A stretch of 64,000 nt of DNA from a virus (taxonomy: Duplodnaviria > Heunggongvirae > Uroviricota > Caudoviricetes): IMG/VR virus record IMGVR_UViG_3300048593_000385, one strand, 5' to 3'. This document shows, in pieces, positions 56,336-63,343 of this stretch (position 1 is the first letter of the stretch; the number at the start of each line of letters is the position of its first letter). Made by a program: the position numbers and the translations under genes. The notes below the pieces were generated by a model, which searched no databases, was not told where the DNA came from, and worked only from the letters and a program-made list of their open reading frames with translations.

Positions 56336-56800
56336 ATGCAGATAAATATCACAGGAACCACCAACAAAAAGATGAAAGCTCAGCTTTCAGAAGCAGCCGA
56401 GTTTTTCGCTGCCCAGCTGATGGATCCTCGGATGGTTCGCAATCTGACCCTTGACCTAGAAATCTGGGCAAATCTGGATATCGAGGGCGAGTGCGTCGAT
56501 GAAGATGGTTTTAAGAATCCTCGCTGGTTCACCATCGGTCTCAAAAAGCAAGATCTCAATGAGATGATCAAGGTTCTTGGTCACGAGATGGTCCACGTCA
56601 AGCAGCATGCCAAGAACGAACTTCAGACTGGTCATGCGGTCGCTGCTCGTGGTGGCCTCAAAATCTACAGCAAGTGGATGGGCAAAATCTGGAAGCCAAA
56701 AGGCAAAGAAGACCACTACTTTGATGCTCCTTGGGAGATCGAGGCATACGGTCGCGAAGTCGGTCTGTTCCACAAGTGGTGCGCATATAAAACTGCTTGA
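56336..56800 (+). CDS. Putative zinc metallopeptidase (HExxH, SprT-like)
   Basis: VLGHEMVHVKQH and YFDAPWEIEAYGRE. Confidence 0.75.
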   Translation: MQINITGTTNKKMKAQLSEAAEFFAAQLMDPRMVRNLTLDLEIWANLDIEGECVDEDGFKNPRWFTIGLKKQDLNEMIKVLGHEMVHVKQHAKNELQTGHAVAARGGLKIYSKWMGKIWKPKGKEDHYFDAPWEIEAYGREVGLFHKWCAYKTA

Positions 56801-56825
56801 CTTATTTTAGAAAATAAGTTAGAGT
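56797..56825 (+). promoter_or_regulatory. Early sigma70-type promoter P2 (TTGACT-17-TAGAGT)
   Basis: Spacer contains a perfect CTTATTTT-AG-AAAATAAG inverted repeat. Confidence 0.85.
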
Positions 56826-56850
56826 GAATAATAGGATAAAGGAATTGATT

Positions 56851-57069
56851 ATGGATTATGATTTTGAACAACTCGTAGAAACTTTTACATACCTTGATCG
56901 TCTTCGTGAGACTGGTCTGGTCAATATGTTTGGCGCTTCAAGCTATGTCGCCCAAGATCTTGGTCACGACAAGGCAACTGCTCGCTCGCTCGTTGCGATG
57001 TGGATGAAGTCCTACGATGGCGAGACCTCTGTTGAGGATCGTGCATTGTCGTTTGGAGAAACAGTATGA
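56851..57069 (+). CDS. Hypothetical protein (start revised to the ATG at 56851)
   Basis: YLDRLRETGLVNMFGA motif; the track start at 56824 falls inside promoter P2. Confidence 0.75.
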   Translation: MDYDFEQLVETFTYLDRLRETGLVNMFGASSYVAQDLGHDKATARSLVAMWMKSYDGETSVEDRALSFGETV

Positions 57070-57275
57070 GCACCCAACTAATGGGTACAGACTCTATTAA
57101 TGGCGAAGTCATGCTGACTCGCTACTATGGCGGCGATGCACATGGTGCATGTCTGCAGGTAACTCCTCCTGGTGGGACTCGCACTCCTTATCTGTCTCTG
57201 ACTAAAGAACAGGCTATCGAGCTAGCTCATGCTCTATTTGAATTTGCTGATGGGACTCGTGAAGAAGATGACTGA
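57066..57275 (+). CDS. Hypothetical protein, 69 aa
   Basis: ATGA-coupled to the upstream gene. Confidence 0.7.
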   Translation: MSTQLMGTDSINGEVMLTRYYGGDAHGACLQVTPPGGTRTPYLSLTKEQAIELAHALFEFADGTREEDD

Positions 57276-57441
57276 ATACTGGATTGTGTATATCGAGTGG
57301 AGTCAAACGGATAACAAATATGTGCTTGTTGATGCGACCACGGGTGAAGATGCGGTGGCAGTTATTCGTAACAATGGCTGCAATGCTCGCTATATAAAAG
57401 CTCTGAGTAAAGCAAATGTTGTAGTTAAGGTTTCAAAGTAA
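57268..57441 (+). CDS. Hypothetical protein, ~57 aa (start revised)
   Basis: In-frame ATG overlapping the upstream stop; TAATG-coupled to the next gene. Confidence 0.6.
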   Translation: MTEYWIVYIEWSQTDNKYVLVDATTGEDAVAVIRNNGCNARYIKALSKANVVVKVSK

Positions 57442-58124
57442 TGACTAGATTCGTAAACAGGTTCGTTATCTCTGACCATCACCTTGGTCATACGAACTCG
57501 TGGGAAAAATTCAAGCTGGCTGATGGCAGTCCGCTGCGACCGTTCACCTCTACCGAGGAAATGAACGAGACTATGATCGAGCGCCACAACGCTAAGGTCA
57601 AGGAGCAGGACACTGTCTACTTCCTTGGTGATGTTGTCATTAACAAGAGGTATCTCGAGCTAGTGAAGCGTATGAACGGTCGTAAGATCCTTGTTCGTGG
57701 CAACCATGACATCTTCGGAGACGATGATTACTACAGCGTTGGTTTCGAGCAAATTCATGGTGTTCGTGTGTTCGTGGATAAGTTTATCCTGAGCCATATC
57801 CCTCTGCATCCTGACTGTGTGACAGAACGTTTCCGTGTGAACGTGCATGGCCATCTGCATGCAAATCAGGTTATGCGTCCAGGTATGAAGCAGTGGATCG
57901 AAAAACAGACTAAGACACTTGGCACTATTGAATATGAGACAGATGTATTTCGGGCAGATTATTCTCCTGAACCAGATCCTCGCTACCTTTGTGTATGTGT
58001 CGAGCAAACTGATTACACGCCTATTCACTTTGACGAGGTTGAAAAAAGAATCCAACAACGTTGGGAGAATGCAGAATACACAGGACCTGTGAAGGCTTGG
58101 GGTAACGGAAGTGGTCCAAATTAA
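57441..58124 (+). CDS. Calcineurin-like metallophosphoesterase
   Basis: ISDHHLGH, FLGDV, RGNHD, LSHIP, VHGHLH motifs. Confidence 0.9.
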   Translation: MTRFVNRFVISDHHLGHTNSWEKFKLADGSPLRPFTSTEEMNETMIERHNAKVKEQDTVYFLGDVVINKRYLELVKRMNGRKILVRGNHDIFGDDDYYSVGFEQIHGVRVFVDKFILSHIPLHPDCVTERFRVNVHGHLHANQVMRPGMKQWIEKQTKTLGTIEYETDVFRADYSPEPDPRYLCVCVEQTDYTPIHFDEVEKRIQQRWENAEYTGPVKAWGNGSGPN

Positions 58125-58147
58125 TATTTCATAGCCTAAAATAGTGC

Positions 58148-58176
58148 TTGCTATTTTTTAAAATATAGGCTATGGT
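58148..58176 (+). promoter_or_regulatory. Early sigma70-type promoter P3 (TTGCTA-17-TATGGT)
   Basis: Same architecture, with a TATTTT-TT-AAAATA spacer palindrome. Confidence 0.75.
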
Positions 58177-58188
58177 GAATTATAACTT

Positions 58189-58268
58189 GAAGAGAAGTCC
58201 CGAATGGTCTTTCGTATATTGGGTTGAGCCTCGCTCTGTAAATTCCCTAAGTGGACTGACTTCTCTTC
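58189..58268 (+). ncRNA. Candidate structured leader or small RNA
   Basis: Perfect 11-bp closing stem GAAGAGAAGTC/GACTTCTCTTC enclosing further hairpins, just after P3 and followed by a T-rich tract. Confidence 0.5.
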
Positions 58269-58290
58269 CTTTTATTTTTTGGAGATTATG

Positions 58291-59373
58291 ATGGCAATTG
58301 CTAAGAAAATGAAAACCAAGACTCGCTCGCAAGCGAAGAGTTTTGATCAGAAGCATTATGGCGACGAACCTATTTACAAGGGGACGCCGACCAATTCTCA
58401 GTTTGCTGATGCATTCAACTGGTATAACTACATGTATGATGTCAGCAAAGGCAAGCAGTGGTTGCTAGAGTATCTCAAGAAAGACGGTCGTTCGCCCCAG
58501 ATGATTCGCGAGATTCGCAACGCACCTGATTGGCGGACTAGCGGCACCCAGTGCTGGATTGCTCGCATGATGTTGAATGGCACAACCATTCCCGACACCA
58601 TGATGGAGCGCTTCAATGAACGGCTGACAGAAAATGCTCTGTATGGTATCAAGCATGAAGCTCCAAAGACCAACAGCAATGTTGTCAGCATTCAGGATCG
58701 CACCAAGCGAGTAATCAACAACCTCATCTCAGACGCTGAAGAACAGCTTGACCTGAATCCTGAGTTTGGTATGTATGATTTTCTTACCAAGAAGCTGGCC
58801 ACTGCTCAGGGTGCAGCTGCTGTTCGAGCCTTCTATCTGCCGATGATGGAGGAAACGCTCCTCGATGATGAGCAGGTCAAGGAAAGCTACGGCAAGAAGC
58901 TGAAGTTCTGGCAGAAGGTGTTCTCTGGAATTATCTCTGACTGCGACCGTTACCTAAACAACAAGAAAGCTGTCAAGGTTCGCAAGCCTCGAGCCATCAA
59001 GCTGAAGACCTCAGCCGATGTGGTCAAGAACGTCAAGTATCAGGTCGGCGACGCTGCGCTGAAGCTGGCTTCGGTTGATCCTCAGAAGGTTGTCGGTGCC
59101 ACACAGCTGTGGGTGTATAACACCAAGTACCGAACTCTGGGTGTCTACAACTCAAACGCACCAAAGGGATTCTCGTTCAAGGGAACTACTCTGACTGGAT
59201 TTGACCCTGACCTGTCTGTGAGCAAGAAGCTACGCAAGCCAGAGGAACAGCTTCAGAGTTTCTTCCAGCAAGGTAAGGTTGCTCTTCGTGGATTCCTACC
59301 AGCTATTAAAACTGCAGACACTAAATTGAATGGGCGTATCAATGGTGATACAATTTTATTGAAGGTGGTATAA
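58291..59373 (+). CDS. Conserved hypothetical protein of T4-like phages (start revised to the ATG after the GGAG RBS)
   Basis: FNWYNYMY, LWVYNTKYRTLGVY, KGTTL, SKKLRKPEEQL, NGRIN.DTILL. Confidence 0.85.
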   Translation: MAIAKKMKTKTRSQAKSFDQKHYGDEPIYKGTPTNSQFADAFNWYNYMYDVSKGKQWLLEYLKKDGRSPQMIREIRNAPDWRTSGTQCWIARMMLNGTTIPDTMMERFNERLTENALYGIKHEAPKTNSNVVSIQDRTKRVINNLISDAEEQLDLNPEFGMYDFLTKKLATAQGAAAVRAFYLPMMEETLLDDEQVKESYGKKLKFWQKVFSGIISDCDRYLNNKKAVKVRKPRAIKLKTSADVVKNVKYQVGDAALKLASVDPQKVVGATQLWVYNTKYRTLGVYNSNAPKGFSFKGTTLTGFDPDLSVSKKLRKPEEQLQSFFQQGKVALRGFLPAIKTADTKLNGRINGDTILLKVV

Positions 59374-59615
59374 TGAAGATTAAGACTGACTCTGGCGAAG
59401 AGATCACTGTTAAGTTTGCCGATGACTTCTTCGACGGATTCGATGGACCTCCTGAACAAATGGAAGAACTGCTTGCTGTATTCGTAGAGAAACTCAAGGA
59501 TGGTTCTTTGTTTACAGACGCAGAACCCATTAGCATTGAAGATCTCGACGAAGACGAAGCTGATGAGCTCATGGCTGCTCTTGGTGCAGCAGAAGATAAG
59601 ATCACCCTGCAGTGA
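59373..59615 (+). CDS. Acidic hypothetical protein, 80 aa
   Basis: TAATG-coupled; D/E-rich. Confidence 0.7.
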   Translation: MKIKTDSGEEITVKFADDFFDGFDGPPEQMEELLAVFVEKLKDGSLFTDAEPISIEDLDEDEADELMAALGAAEDKITLQ

Positions 59616-59977
59616 CAGGTGAAGTGATTGATATGATTGCTCGTCGTAAGCAGAAGGAAGTACAACATAATCTTCCAGACATAGAAGATTATGACGATCT
59701 TCATGAAATATGCACCAACACTGCAAACGAGTTGATCAATAATCTATATAATGATTATGACATTAACATCAGCACTGTCGAGTACAGCCCTGAGATGATA
59801 TTTTTCTTTGAGGCATACAAGGGGTTGGTCATGAAGTGTGTTGACCAATGGCATCCGTTTCAAGACATGGCTGCGCAGTTTATGGAAGACCAAGGCATTG
59901 TCATTGAGGAATATGAAGGTGGCTACCGTTTTGTGTTGCTGCCCGACGAAGAACCAGAACCAGCCAACGATGAATAA
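59612..59977 (+). CDS. Acidic hypothetical protein, 121 aa
   Basis: GTGA-coupled ORF filling the space before P4. Confidence 0.7.
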   Translation: MTGEVIDMIARRKQKEVQHNLPDIEDYDDLHEICTNTANELINNLYNDYDINISTVEYSPEMIFFFEAYKGLVMKCVDQWHPFQDMAAQFMEDQGIVIEEYEGGYRFVLLPDEEPEPANDE

Positions 59978-59982
59978 AGTGC

Positions 59983-60011
59983 TTGACTTTTTTTACAAAA
60001 CGAAGTAGAGT
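59983..60011 (+). promoter_or_regulatory. Early sigma70-type promoter P4 (TTGACT-17-TAGAGT)
   Basis: Same motif, immediately upstream of rnh. Confidence 0.75.
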
Positions 60012-60017
60012 GGTAAT

Positions 60018-60854
60018 ATGATAATTATTGACCTGTCCCAATTCCTGATCTCATCTGTGTTCGCACAGGTTGGTAGTCAGAAGAAAATTGATATTGACGA
60101 GGATCTTCTTCGTCATATCCTTTTAAACAGCATTCGCACCATTCTTGTAAAGTACAAGGGTCACGGTAACGTGGTCATTGCTTGTGACGACAAGAACTAC
60201 TGGCGTAAAGATATCTTCCCTTACTACAAGGCTCATCGCAAGAAGGCTCGGGAAGAGTCTGACATTGACTGGAATGCAATCTTCAAGGCTCTCGACAAGT
60301 TTAAGGTTGAGTTGCGCGAGAACTTCCCGTATAAGGTTATTCAGGTGCCGCATGCTGAGGCTGATGACATCGTCGCAGTTCTTACTAAGCACCACCATGC
60401 TGAAGGTATCATGATCGCATCGAGCGATAAGGATTATCAACAGCTTCAGAAGTATCCTCGCGTCACACAGTATAGCCCTCTGACCAAGAAGGAAATACAT
60501 TGCTCTTATCCCGAGCGATATCTGATGGAGCATATTATCAAGGGTGACGCTGGCGACGGTATCCCCAACTGCCTTTCCCCTGATAATACCTTCGTCATGG
60601 GTCTACGCCAGAAGCCTGTTACGGCCAAGCGTATCGAACAGATCTCATACGATCCGAACGAGATTGACGAAAACACCAAGCGCAACTTCTATCGCAATAA
60701 GCAGTTGATTGACTTTGACTGCATCCCTGAACACATCGAGGCTCAGGTGCTCGAGCAGTTCGACAGTCAGGAATATGGTGACAAGCGCAATCTATTCACC
60801 TACTTTATTGAATACAAGTTGAAGAACCTTCACGATTCTATTGGAGATTTTTAA
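60018..60854 (+). CDS. rnh: RNase H / 5'-3' exonuclease (T4 rnh-like)
   Basis: IIIDLSQ, ACDDKNYWRKDIFPYYKAHR, EADDIVA, SSDKDYQQLQ, IIKGDAGDGIPN. Confidence 0.93.
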   Translation: MIIIDLSQFLISSVFAQVGSQKKIDIDEDLLRHILLNSIRTILVKYKGHGNVVIACDDKNYWRKDIFPYYKAHRKKAREESDIDWNAIFKALDKFKVELRENFPYKVIQVPHAEADDIVAVLTKHHHAEGIMIASSDKDYQQLQKYPRVTQYSPLTKKEIHCSYPERYLMEHIIKGDAGDGIPNCLSPDNTFVMGLRQKPVTAKRIEQISYDPNEIDENTKRNFYRNKQLIDFDCIPEHIEAQVLEQFDSQEYGDKRNLFTYFIEYKLKNLHDSIGDF

Positions 60855-61012
60855 TGGCGACTCGTCAAGAACAGGCTGAAGCAGCCAAGTTATATGCCTT
60901 GCTATATAGAGGTGACAACATTTACAGCAAACCTGCAGATACTCTTCAGAGATTTGTTGGTGTTGTCAGCGAATTGAAACAATTTCTAAAGGCAAATAAT
61001 AATGGCAAATAA
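60854..61012 (+). CDS. Small hypothetical protein, 52 aa (not in ORF track)
   Basis: MATRQEQAEAAKLYALLYRGDNIYSKPADTLQRFVGVVSELKQFLKANNNGK; TAATG-coupled to rnh. Confidence 0.6.
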   Translation: MATRQEQAEAAKLYALLYRGDNIYSKPADTLQRFVGVVSELKQFLKANNNGK

Positions 61013-61619
61013 TACTCTGGGTATTTCTGAGATTCTTTCTCAGATCTCAAAGATCAAGAATGTGGCGGAAAGGCAGAATGCTTTAGCCACATGTGCAAAT
61101 AACAAAGCATTGATCCAAATTCTACACGCTTGCTTCCACCCCGAAGTTAAGTTTGTTCTCCCTGATGGCGCACCTAATTACACCAAGCTCGATAAAGCTG
61201 TTGACGCTCAGGGAACTTTGTATCGCGAAGCAAAGAAGCTATATCTGTTCATTGACGGACTTGCTCCTGAAATGCATCAGCTTCGCCGCGAAACTCTATT
61301 CGTTCAGCTACTCGAAGCTCTAGACCCAGATGATGCTGATCTTCTGCTTGCAGTAAAAGACAAGAAGATGCCATACAAGGGTATCACCTATGATCTTGTT
61401 GCCAGCACCTTCCCTGGACTTCTGCCCGAAAATGGTCAGGTCGTTGTTACGGAGGATGGAGAGCCAAAAAAGGACGGTCGGTCAGGTCGCGACCGAGCAA
61501 TCCCGTGCCCTTTTGGTTGCGAATCTTCAAACGAGGACAAGCTGTTTTTACCAGGACCTCTAGCCCAGCACATCAAGAGAGTGCATGGCTCATCCGATGA
61601 CGAGGACTCTGAAGACTAA
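61002..61619 (+). CDS. Conserved T4-like hypothetical protein (DUF6433-like) with C-terminal C2H2-like motif
   Basis: ISEIL, LYREAKKL, RETLFVQLLEAL, KDKKMPYKGIT; CPFGC...HIKRVH. Confidence 0.75.
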   Translation: MANNTLGISEILSQISKIKNVAERQNALATCANNKALIQILHACFHPEVKFVLPDGAPNYTKLDKAVDAQGTLYREAKKLYLFIDGLAPEMHQLRRETLFVQLLEALDPDDADLLLAVKDKKMPYKGITYDLVASTFPGLLPENGQVVVTEDGEPKKDGRSGRDRAIPCPFGCESSNEDKLFLPGPLAQHIKRVHGSSDDEDSED

Positions 61620-61621
61620 TT

Positions 61622-61798
61622 ATGGCAAACAGTCGTAACGATTATCGTCGAAATAATTCTATGAAGTATGACGATGAAGCCAATGGGCAGTTTAAAGCGA
61701 TCAAAGAAAAGTATAGTCACCGCTATGAGAAGAAGATAAATAATGCTCTACGTAAAAAGAACATAGAGGAACTATACGACGATGATCAGGACTACTAG
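61622..61798 (+). CDS. Small hypothetical protein, 58 aa (not in ORF track)
   Basis: MANSRNDYRR...KINNALRKKNIEELYDDDQDY; fills the gap between neighbours. Confidence 0.6.
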   Translation: MANSRNDYRRNNSMKYDDEANGQFKAIKEKYSHRYEKKINNALRKKNIEELYDDDQDY

Positions 61799-62162
61799 CG
61801 GCTATTGGGGCTATCACTTGCTTCTCGATTGCGCTCAATGTGATAAAGAAGCAATTACCAGCCCTGAGACCCTAGAACAGTGGGTAAAGGAACTGGTTGT
61901 CGATATAGACATGGTGCCTTATGGCGAACCCCAAATTATTCACTTTGGTCACGGTGTTGAGCACCTCGAAGGATGGACTGTTCTACAGTTTATTGAGACT
62001 TCAAACATCGTTGCCCATTTTAATGATCACACTCAAGAAGGTTATATCGACATCTTCAGTTGCAAGCCATTCGAAGTTGAAGATGCTCTTGCCAATGTGA
62101 TCAAGTTTTTCAACCCAAAAACTATTCGTCAAATGTATCTGACAAGACAGGCTGATAAGTAA
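61782..62162 (+). CDS. speD: Pyruvoyl-dependent S-adenosylmethionine decarboxylase-family protein
   Basis: GYHLLLDC, IETSNIVAH self-cleavage region, YIDIFSCK. Confidence 0.82.
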   Translation: MIRTTSGYWGYHLLLDCAQCDKEAITSPETLEQWVKELVVDIDMVPYGEPQIIHFGHGVEHLEGWTVLQFIETSNIVAHFNDHTQEGYIDIFSCKPFEVEDALANVIKFFNPKTIRQMYLTRQADK

Positions 62163-62165
62163 ACT

Positions 62166-62273
62166 ATGAAACATCCTCGACAACGTGAAATGTGGGAGGG
62201 TCTAGATAGATCTGGCTGTCTTATGATTTTAGTATTAATTGCAGTTGCAACTATTATGGGAGTGATATTATAA
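62166..62273 (+). CDS. 35-aa single-pass membrane peptide (not in ORF track)
   Basis: MKHPRQREMWEGLDRSGCLMILVLIAVATIMGVIL; its stop overlaps the next ATG. Confidence 0.55.
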   Translation: MKHPRQREMWEGLDRSGCLMILVLIAVATIMGVIL

Positions 62274-62674
62274 TGGAAATTGGTTTTACTGCTGGTGCTT
62301 TCGATCTTCTACATGCTGGTCATGTGTTGATGCTACAAGAAGCTGCCGATGCGTGTGATTATCTGATTGTTGGGCTGCATACAGACCCGACCATTGATCG
62401 ACCAGATGCAAAGAATAAGCCAATACAAAGTGTCTTTGAACGCTACGTTCAGCTAAAGGCACTGAGTGTTGTCGACGAGATCATCCCCTATGACACCGAA
62501 GAAGATCTGCTGACATTGCTCAGCACACATAAGATTGACATTAGGATCATCGGGGAAGATTATGTAGACAAGGATTTTACAGGAAAAGAACTTCCTATCC
62601 CTGTTTACTATAATAGACGCAAGCACAGTCTAAGTACTAGTGAGTTGCGTAAGAGGATTAAAGATGCAAAGTGA
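62273..62674 (+). CDS. Cytidylyltransferase (TagD / RfaE-II-like)
   Basis: GFTAGAFDLLHAGH (HxGH motif), SVFER..QL, GEDY, STSELRKRI. Confidence 0.88.
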   Translation: MEIGFTAGAFDLLHAGHVLMLQEAADACDYLIVGLHTDPTIDRPDAKNKPIQSVFERYVQLKALSVVDEIIPYDTEEDLLTLLSTHKIDIRIIGEDYVDKDFTGKELPIPVYYNRRKHSLSTSELRKRIKDAK

Positions 62675-62792
62675 AATGCTGACTCTAAAGAGAATTGGCA
62701 ACGCATATCGTGCATTGAATAATTCTCAATCTGAATGGGCGAAAGAATACTGGTATGGTGTTGTTTCCGAACTCAAAAAGAAACTTAATTAA
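62664..62792 (+). CDS. Small hypothetical protein, 42 aa (not in ORF track)
   Basis: MQSEMLTLKRIGNAYRALNNSQSEWAKEYWYGVVSELKKKLN with an AGAGG RBS. Confidence 0.55.
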   Translation: MQSEMLTLKRIGNAYRALNNSQSEWAKEYWYGVVSELKKKLN

Positions 62793-62807
62793 AGAAAGTA
62801 ATAATAT

Positions 62808-63287
62808 ATGAAGAAGACTATTTTTGCTCTTGCCGCAGCCACTGTTGCTGTTGTTTCTACTCCTGCGATGGCTAATCCATTCACAGGCGTTCGTGCTGAA
62901 GTGACTGCAGGTGCTGATAATGTTACTGGTGGTATCGATACTACCGATGTAGCATACGGCGTTGGCGCAGGATTCGACGCTGAGCTTTACAAGAATATTG
63001 TTGTTGGTGTTGAAGCCAACGTCGACAATGTTCTAGATCGCCGTAACGTTGGTGCTTCTGCTCGCCTTGGTTATGCAGTCGCTGATACCGTTCTCGTTTA
63101 CGGTAAAGTCGGTTACTCTAACTGGAAGCAGACTACAACTGCAGAGCTCGAAGGTCTCCGTCTCGGCGGTGGTCTTGAAGCAAAGCTCTTGGGACCTGTC
63201 TATGGTAAGGTTGAATATCGCTACACTGACTTCAACGGCAACGTTGGCCAGCATGGTGGTCTAGTAGGCATCGGTCTACGCTTCTAA
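62808..63287 (+). CDS. Outer-membrane beta-barrel protein (OmpA/Omp25-like, 8-stranded)
   Basis: Signal peptide ending AMA, alternating beta strands, ARLGY, KVEYRYTD, C-terminal GIGLRF. Confidence 0.88.
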   Translation: MKKTIFALAAATVAVVSTPAMANPFTGVRAEVTAGADNVTGGIDTTDVAYGVGAGFDAELYKNIVVGVEANVDNVLDRRNVGASARLGYAVADTVLVYGKVGYSNWKQTTTAELEGLRLGGGLEAKLLGPVYGKVEYRYTDFNGNVGQHGGLVGIGLRF

Positions 63288-63311
63288 TAAGCACTACTTC
63301 CGTAAGTGGAG

Positions 63312-63343
63312 AAAGAGGGGGCAGGAATGTCCCCTCTTTTTTT
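63312..63343. terminator. Rho-independent terminator, possibly bidirectional
   Basis: Stem AAAGAGGGGGCA / TGTCCCCTCTTT (12 bp, one G-U pair), GGAA loop and T tract, between converging genes. Confidence 0.88.

Noticed and set aside
58189-58268. tRNA or known riboswitch
   Set aside because: No TTCGA T-loop, anticodon arm geometry or CCA, and no match to riboswitch consensus sequences I recall; kept only as an unknown structured RNA.
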